Of a stretch of DNA of 51,312 nucleotides, positions 1-8,508 are shown piece by piece. A model generated the notes under the pieces. That model saw only the letters and a list, made by a program, of their open reading frames with translations, searched no databases and was not told the DNA's origin. The translations under genes and the position numbers were made by a program. Location: the NCBI GenBank assembly GCA_966081555.1, contig CBHRRQ010000001.1, positions 1 to 51,312 of the forward strand, given 5' to 3'. The number at the start of each line of letters is the position of its first letter. Position 1 is the stretch's first letter. The DNA comes from an uncultured Terrabacter sp. Lineage in GTDB: Bacteria > Actinomycetota > Actinomycetes > Actinomycetales > Dermatophilaceae.

Positions 1-80
1 AGCTCGAGGGGCTGGACGACGTCGACGGCGACCTTCGCCTGCGGGAGGCGGCACGACCCAAGCACCCGCACGATCCCTGA
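1..80 (+). CDS. 3' end of a CDS entering the window (partial, product unknown)
   Basis: Open frame ...LEGLDDVDGDLRLREAARPKHPHDP ending in TGA at 78-80 with GC3-rich codons; converges on the sigma factor gene. Confidence 0.4.
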   Translation, partial: LEGLDDVDGDLRLREAARPKHPHDP

Positions 81-135
81 GATCCTGAACAGGTGAACCC
101 GAGCGGGGCGCGTGGGCATGCCCCCGACACGGCCC

Positions 136-978
136 TCAGGAGGCGGTCGTCAGGGGCGGTTCCACGGGGTCGCCGACGGCCGCGCTCTCGTCGACGAGCT
201 GGTCGTGCAGGCGCACCGTGATGCGTCGCAGCGTGCGCGAGACCTGCATCTGGCTGATCCCCCGGGCGTCACCGATCTCGCGCTGGGTCATGCCCTCCAC
301 GTAGCGCATGAGGAGCAGCTCCCGCTCGCCGTCGTCGAGCTCGGTGAGCGCCTCGGTGAGGCAGACGCGGTCGTCCGCACTCTCCAGGTCGTGGTCGGCA
401 CAGGCCAGGTACGCCTCGAGCCCGGGCCGGTCGTCGTCGGCCGGGCTGCAGTCGAGCGACAGGGGGCTGAAGCCCGTGGCGGCCACGTCGACCTCACGCA
501 CCTGGTCGACCGTCGACCCGAGTGCGTCGGCGACCTGCGCGTCGCTCGGCGTCCTGCCGGACTGCTGCTCCAGTGCGGCGCGCATGGTGTTGACGTCCGC
601 GCGCAGCTCCTGGAGGCGGCGCGGCGGCCGGACGACCCAGCCGCGGTCGCGGAACCAGCGCTTCAGCTCGCCACTGATCGTCGGCACCGCGTAGGCGGCG
701 AACGACGGCGCGTGGCCGGGCTCGTACCGCCGGATGGCCTTGACGAGCGCCAACCGGGCGACCTGGACGAGGTCGTCGTGCTCGATGCCTCGGCCGTCGT
801 AGCGGGCGGCCATGCGAGTGCACAGATCGAGGTAGAGCAGGGTGATCTCCTCGACGAGGTGGTCTGCCTCGTGCTCGGAGGCGTCGGAGAGCCGTCGGAA
901 CAGCTCGGTCGTCTCGGCGTCGCGCTCGGCGAACGAGGGACGCGGGTGGGCGGGGTCGGTTGAGTCGGAGAACGCCAT
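136..978 (-). CDS. SigB/SigF/SigG-family RNA polymerase sigma factor
   Basis: Region 2 motif DDLVQVARLALVKAIRRY, FAAYAVPTISGELKRWFRDRGWVVRPPRRLQE and region 4 HTH MTQREIGDARGISQMQVSR. Confidence 0.95.
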   Translation of the reverse strand: MAFSDSTDPAHPRPSFAERDAETTELFRRLSDASEHEADHLVEEITLLYLDLCTRMAARYDGRGIEHDDLVQVARLALVKAIRRYEPGHAPSFAAYAVPTISGELKRWFRDRGWVVRPPRRLQELRADVNTMRAALEQQSGRTPSDAQVADALGSTVDQVREVDVAATGFSPLSLDCSPADDDRPGLEAYLACADHDLESADDRVCLTEALTELDDGERELLLMRYVEGMTQREIGDARGISQMQVSRTLRRITVRLHDQLVDESAAVGDPVEPPLTTAS

Positions 979-1126
979 GACTCATCTCCCATCGAATGGG
1001 GACGGAGTCGGCGCTGGAGTTGGACCGCTCGGCCGTCTCAACCATCACACGAATCCGCCACGTATGCAATGGGAGGCCGGGCGGGGTGCGATGCGTGACG
1101 GGCCCCGGGCTGGGTAGGGGCCACGC

Positions 1127-2062
1127 ATGGACCACCCACCGCAGCAGCCAGGCCGTGCCTCGTCAGAGATCGCCGACCGCGCAGAGCAGCTCGTACGCCA
1201 CGACGACAAGGGCGGCTTCCCGGCCCAGCAGCAGCCGCCACCGGGACTCACCAGCGAGATGGAACCGCGGCCCGACCATGGCGAGCAGACCTACGTCGGA
1301 CACGGGCGCCTCGAGGGGCTACGCGCCCTCGTGACCGGCGGTGACTCCGGCATCGGCCGCGCCATCGCCATCGCCTACGCCAGGGAGGGCGCGGACGTCG
1401 CGATCAGCTACCTGCCCCCCGAGCAGTCCGACGCCGAGGAGACGGCTCGGCTCGTCGAGGAGGCCGGGCGCTCCTGCGTGCTGCTCCCGGCCGACCTGGT
1501 GGAGCGCCAGGCCTGCCTGCAGGTCGTCGCCGACGCGGTCCGCGGGCTGGGCGGGCTCGACGTGCTGGTGAACAACGCCGGCTACCACTGGGACCGCGGC
1601 CCCGGCGGGCTCGAGGGACTCCAGCCCGAGCACGTCGAGCGGGTGCTCCGCACGAACCTGCACGCCGTCATCTGGCTCTGCCAGGCCGCCCTGCCGCACC
1701 TCGGCCCGGGATCATCGATCATCAACACCACCTCCATCCAGGCGTACGACCCCTCGCCGGCGCTGCTCGACTACGCGGCGACCAAGGCGGCCCTCAACAA
1801 CCTGACCGTCAACCTCGCAGCGGCACTGGGCCCCAGGGGAATCCGAGTCAACGCGGTGGCGCCGGGTCCGATCTGGACGCCGCTGCAGCCGGCGACCCGC
1901 GACGCCGAGAAGATCGAGACCTTCGGCGCCGACACGCCCCTCGGGCGCGCCGGGCAGCCGGGCGAGGTCGCGCCGGCGTACGTCTTCCTCGCCTCGCCGT
2001 CCGACGCGAGCTATGTCTCGGGCACCGTGGTCGGCGTCACGGGCGGCGGCGCCGTGTTCTGA
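1127..2062 (+). CDS. SDR-family oxidoreductase (YghA/general-stress type)
   Basis: PDHGEQTYVGHGRL N-terminus, TGGDSGIG, NNAG, YAATK catalytic motif, PGPIWTPLQ. Confidence 0.93.
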   Translation: MDHPPQQPGRASSEIADRAEQLVRHDDKGGFPAQQQPPPGLTSEMEPRPDHGEQTYVGHGRLEGLRALVTGGDSGIGRAIAIAYAREGADVAISYLPPEQSDAEETARLVEEAGRSCVLLPADLVERQACLQVVADAVRGLGGLDVLVNNAGYHWDRGPGGLEGLQPEHVERVLRTNLHAVIWLCQAALPHLGPGSSIINTTSIQAYDPSPALLDYAATKAALNNLTVNLAAALGPRGIRVNAVAPGPIWTPLQPATRDAEKIETFGADTPLGRAGQPGEVAPAYVFLASPSDASYVSGTVVGVTGGGAVF

Positions 2063-2151
2063 GCCGGCGACCCGGCCGCGGACGGCCCGGGTGGAGCGGA
2101 AACCAGCAAGGGCGCCGATCCTCGTGATCGGCGCCCTCGCCTGCAACGGCC

Positions 2152-2526
2152 TCAGCCGGCGTCCCGCTCCCATGGCGGACTCTCGTCCATCTTGGCGTAG
2201 TACTTCGCCAGATGGCTGCGCACCCGGTCGCGGTCCTTGTCCGGGAGGTCGATGCCCCCGCGCGAGCCCTGCATGACCGCGGCGGCCGCCATGACGCCAC
2301 GCGGCACGGCCTGCAGCCGGCCGTCGACGACATCGGCGATGAGGAGCTTGTACGCCGTGAAGTTCGTCTTCTTCTCGGCGTCGTACCAGACGTGGGCGTC
2401 GCGGTACTTCTCGTTCGGCTCGTCGTCGGCGCCGGCCCAGCTGCGCACCCGTTTCTCCGCCGCGTCGCCGTCCCACTGCCGGTCGCGATCGGCCAGGGGC
2501 AGGTCCTGGAAGCTGGTGACGCTCAT
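2152..2526 (-). CDS. conserved actinobacterial hypothetical protein (124 aa)
   Basis: ATG at 2526 preceded by an AAGGAG RBS; MSVTSFQDLPLADRDRQWDGDAA...AYKLLIADVVDG...GSRGG; GC3-rich. Confidence 0.85.
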   Translation of the reverse strand: MSVTSFQDLPLADRDRQWDGDAAEKRVRSWAGADDEPNEKYRDAHVWYDAEKKTNFTAYKLLIADVVDGRLQAVPRGVMAAAAVMQGSRGGIDLPDKDRDRVRSHLAKYYAKMDESPPWERDAG

Positions 2527-2554
2527 CGCTCTCTCCTTTGGTTCTGGCACCGTC

Positions 2555-2590
2555 GCTGTGCAGCGCTGTTCAGTGCTGTGCAGCGCTGTT
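2555..2590. repeat. imperfect 10-bp tandem repeat GCTGT(G/T)CAG(C/T), about 3.5 copies, intergenic
   Basis: gctgtgcagc gctgttcagt gctgtgcagc gctgtt read directly. Confidence 0.8.
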
Positions 2591-3772
2591 TCAGGGGGAG
2601 AGGACGACCTTGAGGCAGCCGTCCTGCTTCTCCTGAAAGAGCTTGTAGAGCTCGGGGGCGTCCTCGAGGGACGCGTGGTGGGTCGCGAAGGACTCCATGC
2701 CGAACACGTCCTCGTCACCCCTCACGATGTCGAGCAGCTCGTCGCTCCAGCGGCGCACGTGGCACTGTCCCATGCGGATGGTGAGGCCCTTGTCGAAGAG
2801 GTCCATCATCGGCATCGGGTCGGCCATGCCGCCGTAGACCCCGCTGACGGAGAGCGTGCCACCGCGGCGCACCGCGGCGATGGCGGTGTGCAGCGCGGAC
2901 AGCCGGTCGATCCCGAAGTGCTCGATCGCTCCGCGAGCGATCGGCTTGGGCATGTGGCTCGTCGCCCCGATCGCCTTCTCCGACAGCGGGTTGCCGTGCG
3001 ACTCCATCCCCACGGCGTCGATGACGGCGTCGGGGCCGCGGCCGTCCGTAAGGTCCTTGAGGGCCTGCGCCACGTCGGTGTCGGAGGCGTCGACAACCTC
3101 GGCGCCGGTGTTCCGGGCGAGCTCGAGCCGATCGGGCACGAGGTCGACGCCGATGACCCGGCCGACACCGCGGTGCAGGGCGCTGCGCACCGCGAGCTGA
3201 CCGACGGGGCCCAGCCCCAGCACCGCCAGCGTGTCGTTTCCGTTGACCTCCGCGTACTCCACCGCCTGCCAGGCGGTGGGGAGGATGTCCGAGAGGTAGA
3301 GGAAACGCTCGTCGGGATGCTCGTCGGGCAGCTCGATGGGACCGAAGTCGGCGTGCGGCACGCGGACGTACTGCGCCTGTCCTCCGGGCACGGCGCCGTA
3401 GAGGCTCGTGTAGCCGAAGAGGCTCGCGCCCTTGCCCTGCTCGGTGTTCTGGGTGACCTCGCACTGGGCGAAGAGGCCCCGCTGGCACATCCAGCACCGG
3501 CCGCACGAGATGTTGAACGGGACCACGACCCGGTCACCCGGAGCCAGGGTGGCGACGTCGGGCCCCACCTCCTCCACCACGCCCATGAACTCGTGCCCCA
3601 GCACGTCGCCCGGCTGCAGGTAGGGCGCCAGCACCTTGTAGAGGTGCAGATCCGAGCCGCAGATCGCCGTCGACGTGACGCGCACGATGGCGTCGGTGGT
3701 GTCAATGATCCGTGGGTCGGGTACGTCGGTCACGCGGACGTCCTCGATGCCGTGCCATGTCAGTGCTCTCAC
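2591..3772 (-). CDS. zinc-dependent alcohol dehydrogenase (formaldehyde dehydrogenase-like MDR)
   Basis: ICGSDLHLY, GHEFMG, structural-Zn CGRCWMC...C, GLGPVG; GTG start at 3772 with AGGAGG upstream. Confidence 0.93.
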   Translation of the reverse strand: MRALTWHGIEDVRVTDVPDPRIIDTTDAIVRVTSTAICGSDLHLYKVLAPYLQPGDVLGHEFMGVVEEVGPDVATLAPGDRVVVPFNISCGRCWMCQRGLFAQCEVTQNTEQGKGASLFGYTSLYGAVPGGQAQYVRVPHADFGPIELPDEHPDERFLYLSDILPTAWQAVEYAEVNGNDTLAVLGLGPVGQLAVRSALHRGVGRVIGVDLVPDRLELARNTGAEVVDASDTDVAQALKDLTDGRGPDAVIDAVGMESHGNPLSEKAIGATSHMPKPIARGAIEHFGIDRLSALHTAIAAVRRGGTLSVSGVYGGMADPMPMMDLFDKGLTIRMGQCHVRRWSDELLDIVRGDEDVFGMESFATHHASLEDAPELYKLFQEKQDGCLKVVLSP

Positions 3773-3783
3773 GTCGGGCCTCC

Positions 3784-3808
3784 TACCCACGGCCGCAGGC
3801 GCGGAAAC
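3784..3808 (-). promoter_or_regulatory. SigB/SigF-type promoter GTTT-N16-GGGTA
   Basis: Minus strand reads GTTT ccgcgcctgcggccgt GGGTA, ending 11 nt before the dehydrogenase start; matches the actinobacterial SigF/SigB consensus. Confidence 0.7.
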
Positions 3809-3859
3809 GACGCACGGGCCGGGCGACCTCCGAGACCCGCGGACCCCGAGGAGGCAGTC

Positions 3860-4834
3860 ATGACCGAGCACGTGAACGACACCGACGCGCAGTCCCGGGG
3901 CCACGCCCGCAGGCCGGTGGCCGTGGTCCTGGGCGCTTCGCGGGGGCTCGGGTTCCTCGTGGCACGCGAGCTCGCCGACCGTGGTCACCACGTGGTCGTC
4001 GCGGCCCGGGACGGTTCGGAGGTCGAGGAGGCCGTCGCCGACCTGCAAGGGCGGGGCGACGTGACCGGGGAGACCTGCGACGTCCGCGACCGCCACGACG
4101 TCGGGGAGCTCGTCGGCCGGGTGGAGCACACCCTCGGCCCCATCGAGGTGCTCGTCACCGTGGCGGGCGTCATCCAGGCCGCACCGGCGGAGTCGCTCGT
4201 CCTGCACGAGTTCGAGGACGCCATCGACACCATGGCCTGGGGTCCGATCAACGCGGCGATGACGGTGCTGCCGCACATGCGCCGGCGAGGTCGGGGGCGC
4301 ATCGGGACGGTGACGTCCATCGGGGGGATGGTGTCCCCGCCGCACCTGTTGCCGTACGCGACAGCCAAGTTCGCCGCCGTCGGCTTCTCGGACGGTCTCG
4401 CTGCCGCCCTGAGCGGGAGTGGGGTCACCGCCACGACCATCGTGCCGGGACTGATGCGCACGGGGGGCCACGAGCACGCCCGGTTCGGTGGCGACGTGGC
4501 GGCCGAGTACTCGTGGTTCGCCCCGGCCGCCTCACTGCCACTGTTGTCAACCGATGCCGAGCGCGCGGCCCGGCGCATCGTCGACGCGCTGCTCGCCGGA
4601 AGGCCGATGGTGGTGCTGACTCCGCTCGCCTGGCTGGGCATCCGGGTGCGCGGTCTGGCGCCGGGCACGACCACGCGGGTCATGGGGCTGGCCGGACGAC
4701 TGCTCCCCGGCCCGCCGCCGCGTGGTGGAGCCCGGACGGTCGAGGGCAGGCAGGCCCGCACGCGTGTGAGCTCGCGGTTGGTCCACGCCCTGACCCGCCT
4801 GGGGGACGAGGCAGCACGCCGCAACCACGAATGA
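3860..4834 (+). CDS. SDR-family NAD(P)-dependent oxidoreductase
   Basis: GASRGLG and YATAK motifs; ATG at 3860 after GAGGAGG. Confidence 0.9.
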   Translation: MTEHVNDTDAQSRGHARRPVAVVLGASRGLGFLVARELADRGHHVVVAARDGSEVEEAVADLQGRGDVTGETCDVRDRHDVGELVGRVEHTLGPIEVLVTVAGVIQAAPAESLVLHEFEDAIDTMAWGPINAAMTVLPHMRRRGRGRIGTVTSIGGMVSPPHLLPYATAKFAAVGFSDGLAAALSGSGVTATTIVPGLMRTGGHEHARFGGDVAAEYSWFAPAASLPLLSTDAERAARRIVDALLAGRPMVVLTPLAWLGIRVRGLAPGTTTRVMGLAGRLLPGPPPRGGARTVEGRQARTRVSSRLVHALTRLGDEAARRNHE

Positions 4835-4862
4835 CGCCCGGTCTCGTCGCCCGGTGTCGAGT

Positions 4863-4887
4863 GCTTGGCCCACCGCGGTGCCGGGTA
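4863..4887 (+). promoter_or_regulatory. SigB/SigF-type promoter GCTT-N16-GGGTA
   Basis: Motif seen upstream of the CDS at 4925. Confidence 0.5.
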
Positions 4888-4924
4888 AGAGCCGGACGAG
4901 TCGTCCGAGCTCGGAGGAGGAGCC

Positions 4925-5194
4925 ATGCCACGCAAGGACCCCGGCCCGTCGGTCAAGGACAAGAAGATGTACGAGGCGCTGCGCGATCACGGCGCCAGCA
5001 AGGAGAAGGCTGCCCGCATCTCCAACGCCGCGGCCGGCAGCTCACGCTCCACGGTCGGTCGCAAGGGTGGGCGTGCCGGCGACTACGACGACATGACCAA
5101 GGAGCAGCTGATGCAGCGGGCACGCGACATCGGGGTCAAGGGTCGCTCGAAGATGAGCAAGAAGGACCTCATCTCCGCCCTGCGCAACCACTGA
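4925..5194 (+). CDS. small basic stress protein with a Rho-termination-factor N-terminal-like domain
   Basis: PGPSVKDKKMYEALRDHGASKEKAARISN and YDDMTKEQLMQRARDIGVKGRSKMSKKDLISALR; GGAGGAG RBS. Confidence 0.88.
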   Translation: MPRKDPGPSVKDKKMYEALRDHGASKEKAARISNAAAGSSRSTVGRKGGRAGDYDDMTKEQLMQRARDIGVKGRSKMSKKDLISALRNH

Positions 5195-5197
5195 CGC

Positions 5198-5635
5198 GTG
5201 CGCGCCCAGCTGGAGAAGACCGTCGTCGACTGTCCCGACCCGAGGCGGCTCGCGCACTTCTACGCGCGGCTGCTGCGCCTGCGCGTCGTCGAGGACGCGC
5301 CTGACTGGGTGGTGCTGGGCCGCGAGCCCGGGATGCGCGAGCTCGCCTTCCAGAGGGTCGAACCGTGGGTGCCGCCCCGCTGGCCCGACCCGGCGTTCCC
5401 GCAGCAGCTGCACCTCGACATCCGGGTCGACGACGTCGACGTCGCGGAGGCGCGCGTGCTCGAGCTGGGCGCGACGCGTGCTCCGGGTTCGCCGGAGACG
5501 GGCTACCGCGTGTTCCTGGACCCGGTGGGACACCCGTTCTGCCTCGTGCACGGCCGGTCCCGACTGCCAGACCCGAGGATGGCCTTCGACACGACGGCGC
5601 CGGCGGCCGGGCACCAGGGGCGCCGGCGACACTGA
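5198..5635 (+). CDS. VOC (glyoxalase/bleomycin resistance) family protein
   Basis: VVDCPDPRRLAHFY, QQLHLDIRVDD, DPVGHPFCL. Confidence 0.9.
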   Translation: MRAQLEKTVVDCPDPRRLAHFYARLLRLRVVEDAPDWVVLGREPGMRELAFQRVEPWVPPRWPDPAFPQQLHLDIRVDDVDVAEARVLELGATRAPGSPETGYRVFLDPVGHPFCLVHGRSRLPDPRMAFDTTAPAAGHQGRRRH

Positions 5636-5719
5636 GACACCTCCGTTGCCGCCGCTGCCGGCAGGGTACGGAAGTGGAGGACGAAGCATCCCCGAAGCAC
5701 CGATCGAGAGAGGTCTCCG

Positions 5720-6334
5720 ATGCCCCTGACCGCCGTCGCCCTGAACTGCACCCTCACGCCCTCGCCGGCCGAGTCCAGCACCGAGCTGTTGGCGCAGCAG
5801 GTGCTGGACGCCCTGGCCGAGCACCACGTCACGGGGTCGATGGTGCGGGTCGTCGACCACGACGTGCGCCCCGGTGTCGAGCTCGACATGGGGGAGGGCG
5901 ACGCCTGGCCGGGCATCCGTGAGCAGGTCATCGCGAGCGACATCCTGGTCCTCGCCACCCCGACCTGGCTGGGCCAGCACAGCAGCGTCTGCCAGCGCGT
6001 CCTCGAGCGCCTCGACGCCGAGCTGTCGGAGAAGGACGAGCAGGGGCGCCTGCAGACGTACGGCAAGGTGGCGGTGGCGGTGGTCGTCGGCAACGAGGAC
6101 GGTGCCCACCACATCAGCGCGGTCTGCTTCCAGGCCCTCAACGACGTCGGCTTCACGATCCCCGCGGGTGGGGTCACGTACTGGAACGGCGAGGCCATGC
6201 ACGGGACGGACTACAAGGACCTGCCCGAGACACCCGACACCGTGACGAGCACGACGAGGACGCTGGCGGCCAACGCCGCCCACCTCGCCGCGCTGCTGGC
6301 CGAGAAGCAGTACCCGGCCTCCGACGAGGGCTAG
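5720..6334 (+). CDS. flavodoxin-like NADPH-dependent FMN reductase family protein
   Basis: LNCTL..SPAESST, LATPTWLG, GNEDGAHH; CGTT-N16-GGGTAC at 5644-5669 upstream. Confidence 0.9.
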   Translation: MPLTAVALNCTLTPSPAESSTELLAQQVLDALAEHHVTGSMVRVVDHDVRPGVELDMGEGDAWPGIREQVIASDILVLATPTWLGQHSSVCQRVLERLDAELSEKDEQGRLQTYGKVAVAVVVGNEDGAHHISAVCFQALNDVGFTIPAGGVTYWNGEAMHGTDYKDLPETPDTVTSTTRTLAANAAHLAALLAEKQYPASDEG

Positions 6335-7083
6335 GGACGAGGTCCGGGTGCGCGCCGCCCGAGCCGCCGCGCCCATCGGTATGCCGGTTCGCGCATCGCG
6401 ACCACCCACGGGGGCGGCGTGGTGCCGGACAGCTCGTTGACGATCGGGTCGTAGCGCAGCTCCTCCGCTGCGCGCTCGCGCTGCAGGTCGACGAGTCCGA
6501 CCGGCCGCCAGCCCCCGCCGTCGGCAGCCACGGAGAGCTCGTACTGATGCGGCCTCTCGTCGCGCGTCGTGGGTCGAACGAGGAGCACGAGCGACCGTCC
6601 TCCGGCCCGAGTCGGGAGCAGGGTCGTCAGGGCCTGCTCGGTCGCGTGACGCACGGGCCGCAGCACGTGCCTGGTCGCGCGACCGGTACCGGTCGTCGCG
6701 AAGAGCAGGTCGGCAGGCCCCGAGCCCGGGCCCGCGCCGGGCAGCCGCAGGGCGAGGCCGCCGATGTCCCACCAGCCGTCGGGCGTCCCGAGCGCTCGGG
6801 AGACGCGCACCGTGCACGCGTGCGCCCCACGGTCCTCCAGGACGGGGATGCCCAGCCCCGGCTGGGGCTCGTCGATTCGCAGCTGCGCGTCCCAGGTCGT
6901 GCCGACGGCGTGGAGCGGCTTGCGGCGGGTGAGCGCCGCCACCGCGCCGAGGGTGCCGGCGAGGACAGCACCGAGCGTGCGCGGGGCGAGGTCGGCGGCA
7001 TCGACCCGGTGGGTGCCGGCGCGCCGGCGTCCCGAGACGCGCTTGGCAGCGGTGAGGCCGCTGGGCGAGAGGCGTGCGATCAC
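6331..7083 (-). CDS. hypothetical protein with catalase-like fold motifs
   Basis: KPLHAVG, VRVSRALG and DIGGLALRL resemble the catalase-superfamily His, RxS and DxxGxAxK motifs; GGAG RBS; GGGTA just upstream; start uncertain. Confidence 0.65.
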   Translation of the reverse strand: MIARLSPSGLTAAKRVSGRRRAGTHRVDAADLAPRTLGAVLAGTLGAVAALTRRKPLHAVGTTWDAQLRIDEPQPGLGIPVLEDRGAHACTVRVSRALGTPDGWWDIGGLALRLPGAGPGSGPADLLFATTGTGRATRHVLRPVRHATEQALTTLLPTRAGGRSLVLLVRPTTRDERPHQYELSVAADGGGWRPVGLVDLQRERAAEELRYDPIVNELSGTTPPPWVVAMREPAYRWARRLGRRAPGPRP

Positions 7084-7124
7084 GGCGTACTCCTACCCAC
7101 GCCGGCACGACTCTGACGTCGCGC

Positions 7125-7204
7125 GTCGCCGTGTCGCCGTGTCGCCGTGTGGCCGTGTCGACATGTCGACGTGTCGACGTGTCTCCGCGTCTCCGCGTCG
7201 CCGT
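7125..7204. repeat. 8-bp tandem repeat, 10 copies, consensus GTCGCCGT
   Basis: gtcgccgt x3, gtggccgt, gtcgacat, gtcgacgt x2, gtctccgc x2, gtcgccgt. Confidence 0.9.
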
Positions 7205-7254
7205 CGGGGAGCTCGCGCGGCGAGGCCGGGACAGGTGGATGGTCCGCTCAACGC

Positions 7255-7851
7255 CTACGCGCTCGGCGCGAGGAGCCGGTCCACCCACGGCAGCGACCGG
7301 GCGGTCCCGACGACGCGGGTCAGCGGCCGGCGCACGAGCAGCCACCCGAAACCGGAGACGAGCCCACCCAGTCAGAGGCCGGCGACGACGTCGAGGGGGA
7401 AGTGTGCCCCGACATAGACCCTCGTGATGGCCATCAGCAGGGCCGCGACCGCAGCGACCGCCCCGAGCCGGCGCGAGACGAGGAAGAGCCCGACGGCCGC
7501 CGCACCGGCCATGACGGAGTGGTCCGAGGGAAAGGACCAGTCGGAGCTCCGGTCCACGAGGACGAGCGCAGCGGGGTGGACGGCATACGGACGCGGCTCG
7601 GCCACGAGCGCAGCGACGGGCTGGTTGACCGCGACGGCCAGCAGGGTCGCGAGGCCGGCCCACACGGCCGCCGCCAGCTCAACCGCGGCGGCGCCGCGCC
7701 GTCGCCACACGCCCAGCAGGAGCAGTCCCGCGAAGAGGACGACGCCGTACTTCGCGTAGGCGGTGGCCGGCCCGTGGAGCCAGGCGGAGCTGCGGGCGAC
7801 GTCGTTGACGCGCAGGAACAGGGCGTCGCTGAGGTCGGTCAGGTGGGTCAC
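7255..7851 (-). pseudogene. PAP2-family (undecaprenyl-PP phosphatase-like) membrane phosphatase with an in-frame TGA at 7372-7374
   Basis: EPRPY, SFPSDH and TRVYVGAHFPLDV motifs; after the TGA the frame continues LGGLVSGFGWLLVRR...LAPSA to TAG at 7255-7257. Confidence 0.7.
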
Positions 7852-7974
7852 GTGAAGTCCTCGGTCGTCTGGGCTGGGGAGGGGTCGTGCCCCAGTCTCG
7901 GGGAGCCTGCTGGGAGGAACCTCCGAGCTGGTGGGCGCTCGTGGTGCAGGCGGTTCGAGCGGTGCACCTCGGTG

Positions 7975-8508
7975 TCAGGCGAGGTGGGCGGCGTCGATGG
8001 CCGACTGGAGGCTCTGGCGGTAGGCGTCGCTCGTGTAGGTCGCGCCGCTCACCATGTCGATCTGGGCCGACTGCTTGTGCAGGGCCTCGGAGCGCAGCAC
8101 CGGCGCCGCCTGGGCGCTGATGCGCACGGAGTGGCGTGAGCTGTCGGTCAGGTGCAGTGCGGTGACGTCGGTGATGTGGGAGCCGACGACGGTGATGCTG
8201 ACCTGCACGTCGCCGTACTGGGTGTGTGCCACACCCCCGTCGACCGTGCGCGAGCGCGGCGCGGGCGCCGAGCCTTTCGCGGCGGGACGCGTGTGCACTT
8301 GTGCCGAGCCCGAGCCCGAGCCCGAGCCGGCGGTCGCGCGTCCCGAGCGGTCGCGCGCTGCCGCGCTCGTGGACCGGCCGGCCGGGGGCGGGGCAGAGAG
8401 GGTGACGCCGCTGACGGCGTCGTGCTTCGGGGTCAGGCCGGCGGCCCACGACGCGCCGATGGCGGTGGCGCCTGCAACGCCCATGATGATCGAGGTCGTC
8501 TTCCTCAC
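7975..8508 (-). CDS. exported FMN-binding (flavinylation substrate) protein
   Basis: N-terminal hydrophobic segment, TQYGDVQVSITV, flavinylation motif DMVSGATYTS; GTG overlaps the upstream TGA. Confidence 0.9.
   Translation of the reverse strand: MRKTTSIIMGVAGATAIGASWAAGLTPKHDAVSGVTLSAPPPAGRSTSAAARDRSGRATAGSGSGSGSAQVHTRPAAKGSAPAPRSRTVDGGVAHTQYGDVQVSITVVGSHITDVTALHLTDSSRHSVRISAQAAPVLRSEALHKQSAQIDMVSGATYTSDAYRQSLQSAIDAAHLA

Noticed and set aside
2237-4834. 865-aa ORF, and the 628-aa ORF 2591-4477, as fusion proteins
   Set aside because: Each is a real gene extended by the antisense of its divergent neighbour; RBS-supported starts are at 3860 and 3772
7125-7204. Possible CRISPR-like array
   Set aside because: Contiguous 8-bp units with no spacers, and no cas genes
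7372-7374. Selenocysteine recoding of the PAP2 TGA
   Set aside because: The position is a non-catalytic site in a hydrophobic helix with no Cys-equivalent role, and I could not identify a SECIS element
5042-7663. Long alternative-frame ORFs (e.g. 5042-7663, 21421-23676, 24975-27365, 28799-31168, 39363-41807)
   Set aside because: Arg/Gly/Pro-rich or antisense shadows of well-supported genes, as expected in high-GC DNA with few stop codons
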